Shown: positions 1 through 8,946, numbered from the stretch's first letter. The stretch is 64,000 bases of DNA from Smithellaceae bacterium (GCA_963667845.2 CAXXVL010000002.1:1824001-1888000), one strand, 5' to 3'. The notes: generated by a model not told the origin, from the sequence alone. A program made the numbers and translations.

Positions 1-120
1 TTTTCTTTCTGTCTCAAACAGATTAGGCTTACAAGCAATAATCAGAAAATACTTGCCAAGAATATTAAGCGTTGTGAATTTGAGATAATGTAATTAACTA
101 ATAACGGGAGGAGAGAATTC

Positions 121-438
121 ATGAAGTTAAAGAGTCAAGTGTTAATGGCAATTATGGTTTTATTTTTGCTGGTTGGTTGTGCTGGAGGTATGTCTAATTT
201 ATCGTCATATCAATCTGCTTCTTCAACTAGGATAGGATGTCCACCAAAAGAGGTGATAATTACAGATTTAGATACTCATGGGATAAGTAAAGCGAGGGAT
301 TGGGTCGCCACGTGCAATGGTCAGTCATATTATTGCTCCGGAGTTAGTGATGGTTACGGTGGAACTACTAACGTTTCTTGCATGAAAAAATCTTCAGACA
401 GTCAAAGGGCTGTCGAACCCAAAAAAAAGAAAAAATAA
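121..438 (+). CDS. Small Cys-rich lipoprotein, cassette-like
   Basis: RBS GGAGGAG; signal peptide with lipobox LVGC; several paired Cys; followed by an attC-like site. Confidence 0.8.
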   Translation: MKLKSQVLMAIMVLFLLVGCAGGMSNLSSYQSASSTRIGCPPKEVIITDLDTHGISKARDWVATCNGQSYYCSGVSDGYGGTTNVSCMKKSSDSQRAVEPKKKKK

Positions 439-477
439 GTACTCCATCAAGAATGGATTCCTTATGAATAAGTTAGT

Positions 478-542
478 TCACAACAAGTCATTAGAGCCGA
501 TGGCGGCCCCTTGGGCCGCTCCGGCTCCGCTTTTTGTTGCAC
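478..542 (+). other. attC-like (integron 59-base-element-like) recombination site
   Basis: TCACAAC-AAGTC-ATTAGAGC-[GC-rich hairpin]-GCTCCGC-TTTTT-GTTGCAC follows the R''-L''-L'-R' layout; TTCACAAC (477-484) is the exact reverse complement of GTTGTGAA (71-78) upstream of the ORF. L' is degenerate. Confidence 0.55.
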
Positions 543-545
543 CTT

Positions 546-599
546 TCAAACCTTAATCCTCAGCTCACAGACGGTCTCGCCTTTGAAGATAAGTAGGTG
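546..599 (-). pseudogene. 3' fragment of the gene interrupted by the two-recombinase element
   Basis: Removing 600-2877 fuses the ORF from 3060 in frame to ...HLLIFKGETVCELRIKV* with TGA at 546-548. Confidence 0.65.
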
Positions 600-615
600 C
601 TATACGTAACAAAAT
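600..615 (+). repeat. Left terminal inverted repeat CTATACGTAACAAAAT
   Basis: Reverse complement of 2855-2870 with one mismatch. Confidence 0.9.
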
Positions 616-690
616 GATGATTGCAACTTAGGCAACACAGGTTCATCATCTATCGGTATTTCCTATTGATTCACTGGAAAGGAGATAGCG

Positions 691-1845
691 ATGGACCAAA
701 TAGCTGCAGAGAAGCACATTATCAAATCCACAAAAGAATCCCTGGCATTTTATAGCGACATGGATCAAGACGTGTGTCGTCGTTCCGCGAAAGTTTTCAA
801 GAAAAACATTCCTGAAAAATTAGAGAGCACAATGTACGAGCAGGAAGCAAAGGCGCTGCGATGGGCATTAAAGCGCCTTGCTGGATGGGACCTGCCGGGC
901 AAACAGCATGTGGAGAACTATTTCCGGCACATGTATCGACGGAACTTCAGACCAAAGACTTACGTCAGCAACCTGACAGCGATTCAAGTCTTTCTCACCG
1001 TTGTCAAGGATTCGGGGAAAAACCGTCTGGAAGAAATCACCAAACAGGATATTGAAACTTTTATTGAGCACGAACAGGATCGGGGCTTGATGCTGTCAAC
1101 GGTGCGGACAAGGCTTCACTGTGCCAATGCCTTTTTAGGCTATTTGATTGAAATCGGAGTTGTCACTGCCGACGTTCTGGCACGAAGGATTCGCCTGAAA
1201 AAACCGGAGGCATTGCCCCGGGCCATGGATCCGGATGACATTAATAAGCTGCTCTGTGTAATTGACAATACAAAAGACCGGGCCATGATCACCGTGCTTC
1301 TGCGGACGGGGATGAGAATCGGCGAATTGCTTGGCACGAAGATGAGGGATCTCCACCTGAAGGATCGCCGGATTGATATTTACGAGGGGGAAAAGAACCG
1401 GATCGGGAGAGTGGTCTACCTCAGTGATGACGCAATGGTCGCCTTGAAAGCATGGCTTAAGATAAGAGAGGTTGATCATGAGTTTCTTTTTTATGCCCGG
1501 GGCAGCAGAACCATGTGTTACAGTACCGCCCATCTTATCTTCTCACGGTGTCTGAAAAAAGCCGACCTTGCGCACAAGGGGCATTCCCTGCACGCGCTGC
1601 GGCATACGTTTGCCAGCGAGCTTCTCAATGCCGGCATGCGGATCGAATGTCTTCAACCGTTAATGGGGCATACATCTCTGGACGTGACGCGCCGCTATGC
1701 ACGGCTTACGGACAAGACACGGGAAGAAGAATACTTCCGAGCGATGACAATTATAGAAAGGGGGGAGATTGATGGCCATTACCGACTCGATCATCAGGTA
1801 CAGGCGTTTTTTGAAGAGAAAGAACGTCTCACCGAATACCGTTAA
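691..1845 (+). CDS. Tyrosine recombinase (first of pair)
   Basis: Catalytic R (TGMRIGE), K (EKNR), HALRH, LMGH, Y (TRRYA); N-terminal SAM-like core-binding domain; RBS AAGGAG. Confidence 0.95.
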   Translation: MDQIAAEKHIIKSTKESLAFYSDMDQDVCRRSAKVFKKNIPEKLESTMYEQEAKALRWALKRLAGWDLPGKQHVENYFRHMYRRNFRPKTYVSNLTAIQVFLTVVKDSGKNRLEEITKQDIETFIEHEQDRGLMLSTVRTRLHCANAFLGYLIEIGVVTADVLARRIRLKKPEALPRAMDPDDINKLLCVIDNTKDRAMITVLLRTGMRIGELLGTKMRDLHLKDRRIDIYEGEKNRIGRVVYLSDDAMVALKAWLKIREVDHEFLFYARGSRTMCYSTAHLIFSRCLKKADLAHKGHSLHALRHTFASELLNAGMRIECLQPLMGHTSLDVTRRYARLTDKTREEEYFRAMTIIERGEIDGHYRLDHQVQAFFEEKERLTEYR

Positions 1846-2686
1846 GAACTATTTGCATGGTCTGAAGCATTTCATTTTATGGCTTGACGTGCCGCTTGAA
1901 ATGGTTACGCACCAGAAGGTGAATGTTTATATCGATTATCTGATGGGCCAGCGGTTAAAGCCCAAGACGATCAACTGCTATCTCAACAGTATCTGCCAGT
2001 TTTACCGCTACCTCTCAGACGAGGAGGGAATCCAGATTGTCAACCCCGTAAAGAAACCGAACATCATGAAGCTCCCACGGGGACTTCCCAAACATCTGAA
2101 AGACGAGCAGATAGAAATACTCTTCAATAATCTGAAAGGATGCCGGGACCGGGCCATGTTCATGGTTATGCTTCGTTGTGGATTGCGAGTAGAAGAAGTG
2201 GTCCATCTTTCTCTTGCTGACATTGATCTTAAACGCAGAATGCTGCTCATCCAGGATGGCAAGGGCGCCAAGGACCGGATTGTCTATGTCAGCAACGATG
2301 CCCTTTATGCATTGCTGGACTATCTTAAAGTGAGGCCAACAAGCAAAGTAAAGAAAGTTTTTCTGGTTGAGAAAGGGTCGCTTACCGGGCAACCCATCTC
2401 CATTCGAGGCATTCAGAAACGAATGGAATATTATGCATGCAAAACAAATCTGAGGATCTCCTGTCATCATCTTCGCCATACAATGGCCACGCAGATGTTG
2501 AATGCGGACACGGATCTCTCTACGATCCAGGATCTTTTGGGGCATAACTCTATCAGGACGACGCAACGTTATTGCAGAGTATCAAACATGAAAGTGCAGA
2601 GAGATTATTACAGAGCTATGGAGGTGATCATGCAACGAACGGCTTGCAACCAAAACAACGGGCAGGGTTTTAAATCTTCGGAGTGA
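1769..2686 (+). CDS. Tyrosine recombinase (second of pair, XerD-like size)
   Basis: CGLRVEE, GKGAKDR, HHLRH, LLGH, TQRY; overlaps the first recombinase gene by ~75 bp. Confidence 0.95.
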   Translation: MMAITDSIIRYRRFLKRKNVSPNTVKNYLHGLKHFILWLDVPLEMVTHQKVNVYIDYLMGQRLKPKTINCYLNSICQFYRYLSDEEGIQIVNPVKKPNIMKLPRGLPKHLKDEQIEILFNNLKGCRDRAMFMVMLRCGLRVEEVVHLSLADIDLKRRMLLIQDGKGAKDRIVYVSNDALYALLDYLKVRPTSKVKKVFLVEKGSLTGQPISIRGIQKRMEYYACKTNLRISCHHLRHTMATQMLNADTDLSTIQDLLGHNSIRTTQRYCRVSNMKVQRDYYRAMEVIMQRTACNQNNGQGFKSSE

Positions 2687-2690
2687 GTGC

Positions 2691-2757
2691 GAGTTACCCA
2701 CAGCCGCCCCCGCCTTTGCTACGCTGAAAAGCTGCGGGTTGCGGCTATGGATAACTC
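2691..2757. other. Long imperfect hairpin in the element's right end
   Basis: GAGTTACCCACAGCCGC (2691-2707) pairs with GCGGCTATGGATAACTC (2741-2757); inner CCCGC/GCGGG. Confidence 0.75.
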
Positions 2758-2854
2758 CATATGGCGGGGCTGGCAGCAAAATAAACCTGATGGATCTAAA
2801 ATTTATGGTTATTAATAACATAGCGTAACATAACAATATCAATTGGAAAGTCTG

Positions 2855-2870
2855 ATTATGTTACGTATAG
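2855..2870 (-). repeat. Right terminal inverted repeat ATTATGTTACGTATAG
   Basis: Matches left end; extra internal copy CGTAACATAA at 2824-2833. Confidence 0.9.
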
Positions 2871-2877
2871 GTAGGTG

Positions 2878-3132
2878 AACGTAACAACCGACAAGGTTAA
2901 GATTTCCCTTGAACTCGTTTGCATAAAACGGATAGAAGTCCGTTACACATCCATATGAGTCGCAAAGATTAACTTCAATCGGCTCCCATCCCGCAAAGAT
3001 TCTCAAACCATGATTTTCAGCACTCCAGCCGTTTATAATCATTCCAGAATTCATGGCCAAAATCGCTGGTTCTGGGTAAATACCATGATCTTCGGCAAAA
3101 CGTCACCAGTAAGATAAGAAACAATCCTGCAT
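2878..3132 (-). pseudogene. 5' part of interrupted hypothetical gene
   Basis: Frame open from ATG 3132 (MQDCFLSYW*RFAEDHG...) apart from one TGA at 3103-3105; continues in 599-546 once the element is removed. Confidence 0.55.
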
Positions 3133-3315
3133 TAATATTTTTCACACAGTTTGCAACCAACCGCCATTTTTTTATCCCAGTCAGTTTCTAAAACGCACCC
3201 CGGTCCGCTTCTTACCGTAACCCCCTTCTAATATTTATCTGATCTCCGCTGAACCTTAGAACAAATATATGAATTAGAAATTTATAAAATCATTTTATGA
3301 AGGAGGTGACTGCCT

Positions 3316-3489
3316 ATGAAAAAGAGAGTTTTCACCAGACCAGTATCTGTGATGCTGTCTGTCGAGATGTTCGATCAAATTAAGGCCATTACAGACCAGG
3401 TAAACATTGGTTTCTCAGATTACATCAGGGAAGCGATTCGGGAAAAATTGACAACATTCAACCAAAATAATTTCAATAAAGGAGATTAA
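3316..3489 (+). CDS. Ribbon-helix-helix (CopG-like) protein, 57 aa, not in ORF track
   Basis: RBS AGGAGGTGA; MKKRVFTRPVSVMLSVEMFDQIKAITDQVNIGFSDYIREAIREKL fits the RHH pattern. Confidence 0.75.
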   Translation: MKKRVFTRPVSVMLSVEMFDQIKAITDQVNIGFSDYIREAIREKLTTFNQNNFNKGD

Positions 3490-3493
3490 AGAA

Positions 3494-3817
3494 ATGATTA
3501 GTAATGCAAAACAGAAATTAGATGTATCGTTATTATCGGAAAAACAATTCATTGATTTGCTCAGGGAATTTCAAGATTTTTTAAAAACAAAACTGGAGCC
3601 TTGTGTCAATGACAGTAACATCGTCGATTATTGGACCTGCGGTATAGACCACTTTGATCCGCCGGCACATTATGACCCATTTAGAAATATCATGAAATTC
3701 TGTGCAAAGAAGAATATAGACTGGGATGAATTAAAAGAACGCATTGAAAACTATTCGGGCATTAGCATTTGCTGTGAATGTTTTATTGTTAATCGTATTC
3801 CCATAAATGAAGCATAG
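3494..3817 (+). CDS. Hypothetical protein, DUF2695-like Cys motif
   Basis: RBS AAGGAG; TCGIDH...ICCECFIVN resembles the DUF2695 pattern. Confidence 0.6.
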   Translation: MISNAKQKLDVSLLSEKQFIDLLREFQDFLKTKLEPCVNDSNIVDYWTCGIDHFDPPAHYDPFRNIMKFCAKKNIDWDELKERIENYSGISICCECFIVNRIPINEA

Positions 3818-3870
3818 CCAGTCTGACAGGGCATAACATCGCTATAATTTGACTTTAAGCAGACACTTTA

Positions 3871-3910
3871 AAAGGTCATCACGATTAAAGCCATTGTGAT
3901 GGCCTTTTTA
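3871..3910 (+). terminator. Intrinsic terminator-like hairpin
   Basis: AAAGGTCATCAC...GTGATGGCCTTT followed by T-run. Confidence 0.55.
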
Positions 3911-3937
3911 TTTAAAGCAATACAGGAGAAATAAACC

Positions 3938-4162
3938 ATGAGAGAAAGAACATTACACACATCAATGAATCTGTTACTTGAGCCGGATATTTATCAACGC
4001 ATAAAAATGATCGCCAGACTGCAAAAGACACCCATGTCAAAATTTATTCGAGAAGGCATTAACCTTCGGCTGGCCCAGTATGACAAAGAAAACAATTCGA
4101 TTATAGGAGGGAAAGAGCATGAACGAACAGACAATGGCATGATAACGATTGCACAAAAATAG
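3938..4162 (+). CDS. Ribbon-helix-helix DNA-binding protein
   Basis: RBS AGGAG; SMNLLLEPDIYQRIKMIARLQKTPMSKFIREGI is RHH-like. Confidence 0.7.
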   Translation: MRERTLHTSMNLLLEPDIYQRIKMIARLQKTPMSKFIREGINLRLAQYDKENNSIIGGKEHERTDNGMITIAQK

Positions 4163-4312
4163 AACACCCTATGATTGGGAGGTTCTACTTCGTGTGTGCA
4201 AGTTGTAAGCATTGACTATAAAGATCATCAGCAATATATTATCAGTAATAGCAGTTGTTGAGCGATAAGAGACTGATAGACCAATGACCAATACGTGGAA
4301 AGGAGAATTGCC

Positions 4313-4690
4313 ATGACATCGCAATCAAGAATCAAATTCAACCCAGCGACAAGAGAATTCGAAATAGAGGGAACAGAAGCATTCGTCAAAAAGTATTTTG
4401 ATAAGATACAGGAGCTCTTTGGTAGTGAGGAGGTCAAGCCGGTAAAAGTGGTAAAGAAAGGCAAGAAGATTATAAAGACAACCTTACGATCGAAGAAAAA
4501 AGTCAAAATGGGTGCTATAAAAGGTGCGATTTTTAAAGTCATCGAGAATGCTAAAGGTGCGATTGCTGTAAAGGATATTATTAAAAAAACGGGACTTAAA
4601 AAGACTCAGGTTAATGGAACGTTGATTGCCCTGAAGAAAAAGAAACAGGTTAAATCGGTTGGGAGGGGAATGTACGAGGTTGGAGGCTAA
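4313..4690 (+). CDS. Lys-rich protein with C-terminal winged helix
   Basis: RBS AAGGAG before ATG 4313; IIKKTGLKKTQVNGTLIALKKKKQVKSVGRGMY wHTH pattern. Confidence 0.75.
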   Translation: MTSQSRIKFNPATREFEIEGTEAFVKKYFDKIQELFGSEEVKPVKVVKKGKKIIKTTLRSKKKVKMGAIKGAIFKVIENAKGAIAVKDIIKKTGLKKTQVNGTLIALKKKKQVKSVGRGMYEVGG

Positions 4691-4702
4691 ACGCTAAAAA
4701 GG

Positions 4703-5080
4703 GATCTGCATATTACTATTCCGGTTAATAATTTTCATGTCTGATGGAATTACTTTGGTCGCAGTCGTGGACTGGTCTGTCGTATGGTTCTGTCCTGGAG
4801 AATCTCCAATACGTTGGACAGTTCATTTTGCGTGGAGGCTCTGGAAGAAGCTATTGCCAGTTATGGATGTCCTGAAATTTTCAACACGGATCAATGCAGT
4901 CAGTTTACTGCGGAAGTCTTTACCAGTACTCTCTACTCGAAAGGGCACTGCAATCAGCATGGATGGCAAGGGCCGCTGGATGGACAACGTTTTTATTGAA
5001 CGTCTTTGGAAAAATGTAAAGTATGATGATGTCTACCTCAAAGCCTATAGCTCGATGACAGCGGCGAGAAAAGGCCTTTC
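4703..5080 (+). pseudogene. IS3-family transposase remnant (rve/DDE core, frameshifted)
   Basis: LVAVVDW / SWRISNTLDSSFCVEAL / IFNTDQCSQFT / SMDGKGRWMDNVFIERLW split across two frames; no ends seen. Confidence 0.85.
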
Positions 5081-5119
5081 TGTTAGGGTGACTATCTAGC
5101 ATATTTGCAGGAGGCTGTT

Positions 5120-5896
5120 ATGAATCTCACAAAAAGCAATCAAGCAACTCTCGTAAGAATTGGGAAAATCTTATTATTTAGTGCATTAATTTTAGGCGTG
5201 ACGCAGATTATACGTGCTTTTGCAGCAATCTCAACCCCCTCAACTGCAGCATTCATTTTTCTAATCATTGTTTTACTATCAGCATTTTTTGGCGACTTAT
5301 TGATAGCTATTATCGCATCAATGGTCGCTACGCTTTGTTTTGACTATTTCTTTCTGCCACCATTTGGAACTTTCCATATTGCTGCCTACTCTGATTGGAT
5401 TTCATTGATAGCCTTCCTTGTCACTTCTGCGATTATAAGTCATCTTACTGCGTCTGCAGCGGAACATGCAGCAGAGGTAAGAGAGCTAAAGAAGGCGATG
5501 GAGCAACTTAAAGAATTTGCAGAATTACTTCTGACCACACCATACGAACAACTCACACTTTCAGGAATTGCGACTGAAGCATTACGCATTTTCTCCTTAG
5601 AATACTGCTCAATTCACGTCTATAGAGAGGGTAACTGGGATGATTTTACAGGAACTGCGGAGTCAAGTATTTCTGAGGGGGTTAAAAACCGGCTGACACT
5701 TGTTAAAGACCACCCGACGCAGTTAATAGATTTTGCGGATGAGAGTCTATTGGGCGTTCAGTATATTCACATTAACAAAGGAAGAAGTCCAATAGCATTA
5801 CTGGCAATCAAAAGCAGCACATTATCTCCTGAAGCTATAGGAGTCATGGCTTACATAATCGGAGTTCGGTTAAACACGATGACGAAAAAACAATAA
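5120..5896 (+). CDS. DUF4118 (KdpD-type transmembrane sensor domain) protein without kinase
   Basis: TLCFDYFFLPPFGTF motif; four TM helices then a GAF-like region; RBS GGAGG. Confidence 0.85.
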   Translation: MNLTKSNQATLVRIGKILLFSALILGVTQIIRAFAAISTPSTAAFIFLIIVLLSAFFGDLLIAIIASMVATLCFDYFFLPPFGTFHIAAYSDWISLIAFLVTSAIISHLTASAAEHAAEVRELKKAMEQLKEFAELLLTTPYEQLTLSGIATEALRIFSLEYCSIHVYREGNWDDFTGTAESSISEGVKNRLTLVKDHPTQLIDFADESLLGVQYIHINKGRSPIALLAIKSSTLSPEAIGVMAYIIGVRLNTMTKKQ

Positions 5897-5914
5897 ACCG
5901 GGCAAGCGGTGTTT

Positions 5915-6502
5915 CTATTGGCGGCCGTTCTTTCTCAGATAATTTATCAACAGAAAAACCACTATGGCTATGATTGCAATAGGCAGGATGTAGCGGTATG
6001 AATAAGTGTAAACCCGTTTCCAATGCTCACCCAGATAATACCCCATCGTCACAAATGTTACAGTCCATAGAAGCCCACCAGGGAAGGCATACAAGGCAAA
6101 TACCTTGTAAGGCATTTCTGAAATTCCTGCAAATATAGCCGTTAAATGTCTTGCCCCAGGAATAAAATAACCAATGACCAGCGCGAACTTTCCATATTTG
6201 TTGTACCATTCTTCTGTTTTATGAAGGTGTTCAGGATTAATTCTCATTTTGGCTGAATATTTCTCTAAAAAAGGATGGCCAAAGTACCTTCCCAAAACAT
6301 ATCCAATGGAAGTACCACATACCGTTCCCATGAATGCCACTATTACAGCATAAGGATAACTGATAGTCCCTTTAAAGGCCAGAAATCCGGCTAATGCCAT
6401 TAATGTTTCATCAGGTATGGGTAGACCCAAAATGCCAAGCCCCAATGCAGCAAATATTCCGATGTAAGAATACTTAATAAGAAATGGTAAAATACATTGC
6501 AT
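5915..6502 (-). CDS. DedA family membrane protein
   Basis: GLPIPDETLMALAGFL, GYVLGRYFG, GYFIPGARH. Confidence 0.95.
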   Translation of the reverse strand: MQCILPFLIKYSYIGIFAALGLGILGLPIPDETLMALAGFLAFKGTISYPYAVIVAFMGTVCGTSIGYVLGRYFGHPFLEKYSAKMRINPEHLHKTEEWYNKYGKFALVIGYFIPGARHLTAIFAGISEMPYKVFALYAFPGGLLWTVTFVTMGYYLGEHWKRVYTYSYRYILPIAIIAIVVFLLINYLRKNGRQ

Positions 6503-6635
6503 TGATCAAAGGTCCTTTTATTTAACTATTTCATTGAATACGTATACAAACTTGGATGCTTTGCGCCGCGTGGTCTTTGTTGATGCGACACATTGTATCG
6601 CCTGTTTTCAGCTTTAAAATGCAATTATTTTAAAT

Positions 6636-6911
6636 TTATTGTTTTGGGGGAATTTTATCAGGTGAATCTGCTTTTGTTTCTTCGGCATAGGGCTTCTTCA
6701 TTAAAAGAGAATCATTCCAGCCATCGTCGCTCTTCGGCTTTACATCGTCTTTCAAGGCTCCTTTTAAATCATCGGTTATTCCCTCAGTTGCCTTTTTGAA
6801 TTCGCTGAAGCCTTTGCCTAAAGTTTTGGCTAGGTCCGGCAGTTTTCTAGGCCCAACGACAATCAGTGCTATTACAGCAACTAAAGCTAGACTTTGCAAA
6901 CTAAAAAGCAT
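6636..6911 (-). CDS. Tat translocase TatA/TatB family subunit
   Basis: IALIVVGPRKLPDLAKTLGKGFSEFKKA. Confidence 0.85.
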   Translation of the reverse strand: MLFSLQSLALVAVIALIVVGPRKLPDLAKTLGKGFSEFKKATEGITDDLKGALKDDVKPKSDDGWNDSLLMKKPYAEETKADSPDKIPPKQ

Positions 6912-6963
6912 TGATTATCAACTCCTGCTAAAATTGACTGCCATGACCGGTTGATGGGATTTT

Positions 6964-7161
6964 CTACTGTTTGGTTTCATTATCAATCTTCTTTGTCTCT
7001 TCTTCCGGTTTTTTCTCCGGTTCATCCATTGCTTTTTTAAACCCCCTGATTGCTTTACCGATTGACCCTCCAAGTTCCGGTAGTTTACCCGGACCAAAGA
7101 TAATCAAAACTATGACCAGGATGATTATTAGATGCATCGGTTGCAAAAGTCCTTCAAACAT
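6964..7161 (-). CDS. tatA: Tat translocase TatA
   Basis: [35 protein letters not shown]. Confidence 0.93.
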   Translation of the reverse strand: MFEGLLQPMHLIIILVIVLIIFGPGKLPELGGSIGKAIRGFKKAMDEPEKKPEEETKKIDNETKQ

Positions 7162-7492
7162 ACCAATACCTCCTACACCTTCTATTTTTTAAAAATCTCA
7201 GTTGGTTCTTTCGTAGCCGTCATATGCTTTGCTTCACACAATTTGTGCCGTTATCATAAAATAAAAACGAGAGCCGCCTATGCCGTATTGTTTTTTTTAC
7301 TGGAATCCATCATTTAACATCCGGTCCATTACGGGTAACAAACACCACAAAGACCTTAGGATTCTTATTTCGTTAACATCCAGTAGAATAGACTCGATAC
7401 GCACATCTCAGAATATCGTCGCTTATATAATAGCGTTGCTCATTATCACCGTCAGGGGACATGTCAGAGATCAACGCCCCTAAAATAGGGTT

Positions 7493-7696
7493 TTACAGCT
7501 TGCGGACATTATCGGCAGCCGGACCTTTAGCGCCTTGGACTACGTCAAAACTGACACGCTGGCCCTCTGCCAATGATTTGAATCCCTCTTGTCCCTGAAT
7601 TGCGGAATGATGGACGAAAAGGTCTTTGCCACCTTCCTGCTCGATAAAACCAAATCCCTTTGCTTCATTAAACCACTTTACTTTTCCTTCTGGCAT
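7493..7696 (-). CDS. Cold-shock protein
   Basis: [18 protein letters not shown]...LFVHHSAI (RNP1/RNP2); start ATG 7696 after AGGAGG. Confidence 0.97.
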   Translation of the reverse strand: MPEGKVKWFNEAKGFGFIEQEGGKDLFVHHSAIQGQEGFKSLAEGQRVSFDVVQGAKGPAADNVRKL

Positions 7697-7697
7697 T

Positions 7698-8072
7698 TTA
7701 ATCCTCCTTGTGTTGTGTTTCGACGTTTTGAATTTCTCTCTGCTTCCCGATTCTATAGGCATCTATGATAGCAAGTATCCAAAGACAAACAATAACGCAA
7801 ATAAAAACATCATAATAGGGATTCGCGGTTAACATTTTTGATCCGACAATATCTGAAAGCTCTTGAAGATTCATGCTACCACCTTGCATCTTAACCATAA
7901 CCTCGTCAAGGCGATTGAGTGCAGATACTGTGGCCGACCAGATTATGTAGCCTAATCCGGCAAAGGCAAACAACATGATGGCCAGCCCCGTCCAATATCT
8001 TTTTAAATAAAGTTGGCCCGCGCCAGGGAAGACGAATGCGGACAGAAGTGCGGCTTTATATGACACTTTCAT
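7698..8072 (-). CDS. Hypothetical membrane protein
   Basis: [16 protein letters not shown]...IIDAYRIG, three hydrophobic segments. Confidence 0.8.
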   Translation of the reverse strand: MKVSYKAALLSAFVFPGAGQLYLKRYWTGLAIMLFAFAGLGYIIWSATVSALNRLDEVMVKMQGGSMNLQELSDIVGSKMLTANPYYDVFICVIVCLWILAIIDAYRIGKQREIQNVETQHKED

Positions 8073-8142
8073 TTTGATGACCGTTATTGTTGACCAATGA
8101 CTTCAAGCGAACAAAGTCGCCATGCAAATCTCTGGATTTTTA

Positions 8143-8256
8143 TCATGGCTTTCTCTTTGGCTGCTTGTCAAACTTGTCTCGCGACTTTTGTTTCTGTTTT
8201 TCAGCGTTCTGTTTCTGACCTTTTTCCTTATCTTTCTTGCCGCCCTTGTCTCCCAT
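8143..8256 (-). CDS. Small basic hydrophilic peptide (37 aa), not in ORF track
   Basis: MGDKGGKKDKEKGQKQNAEKQKQKSRDKFDKQPKRKP*, RBS AAAGGAG, tandem stops. Confidence 0.65.
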   Translation of the reverse strand: MGDKGGKKDKEKGQKQNAEKQKQKSRDKFDKQPKRKP

Positions 8257-8398
8257 TACATCTCTCCTTTTCCTGTTGTCCGAAACGTCTTCTTGAAAGG
8301 TGGTTCTTTATTGAAAGCAAAGATAGGTCGATCATTATTAATTCTAATTAATAATACTTCTTGAACCTGTCAATTGGCTTTCAAACGATTTCCCGCTT

Positions 8399-8599
8399 TT
8401 ATTTTCCAGCAGCGGATGATTGCTTCTTCTTATTAATAAACAGGCTGGATAATACAATCAAGGAAATAATTATCAATACGGTCACTGTAATTTTTGTGCC
8501 TGTATTTCCGAATTTCGGCAGAATCACGAAAGGCAGAAGCCATAAGTACACCGTTGCGTGAAGAATACCGATAAATCCTATTCTTAAGATATTTTTCAT
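8399..8599 (-). CDS. Small two-TM membrane protein
   Basis: Two hydrophobic helices with a basic tail; same strand as neighbours. Confidence 0.6.
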   Translation of the reverse strand: MKNILRIGFIGILHATVYLWLLPFVILPKFGNTGTKITVTVLIIISLIVLSSLFINKKKQSSAAGK

Positions 8600-8634
8600 A
8601 GCTCGATCTTTTTCTTTTTCCCATAATTGAAAAA

Positions 8635-8946
8635 TTATTTATGGAAGAGGGAGTTTCTAATATTCAGAGGTTTAATTTTATTACTTCGATACCGAAAACA
8701 CAGCGCTATCAATGTTCCTGTCAACAAAAGTGCCAGACCGTTCCCGAAGATGAATACAATGTCCTTCACGTAGAGAGAATAAATCATAATCAGGGACATG
8801 CCAGTCATCAGGATTATCAAATAAGAAATGCTCAAGCCATCAGAGCGTTCTGCCCTATACGTTTTTATAATCTGAGGAACGACACTGACACACATAATCA
8901 GTGATCCCGTTATTCCCAATATTGCAAAGACATGTGCTGTAGTCAT
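8635..8946 (-). CDS. PQ-loop / SemiSWEET family transporter
   Basis: VPQIIKTYR...GLSI...IFGN; three TM helices. Confidence 0.9.
   Translation of the reverse strand: MTTAHVFAILGITGSLIMCVSVVPQIIKTYRAERSDGLSISYLIILMTGMSLIMIYSLYVKDIVFIFGNGLALLLTGTLIALCFRYRSNKIKPLNIRNSLFHK

Larger units (their letters stand above)
600..2870 (+). mobile_element. 2271-bp element with two tandem tyrosine recombinases (RIT-like, but a duo)
   Basis: Terminal inverted repeats 600-615 and 2855-2870 (15/16 match); flanking direct repeat GTAGGTG at 593-599 and 2871-2877; interrupts an ORF. Confidence 0.9.

Noticed and set aside
691..2686. Chromosomal xerC/xerD or integron integrase
   Set aside because: Tandem overlapping pair bounded by IRs and a target repeat; no IntI-specific insertion recognisable
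2824..2866. dif site
   Set aside because: Arms resemble the XerD half-site but are 22 bp apart, not 6
8097..8364. Plus-strand hydrophobic ORFs
   Set aside because: Mirror of the Lys-rich minus-strand peptide, which has the RBS
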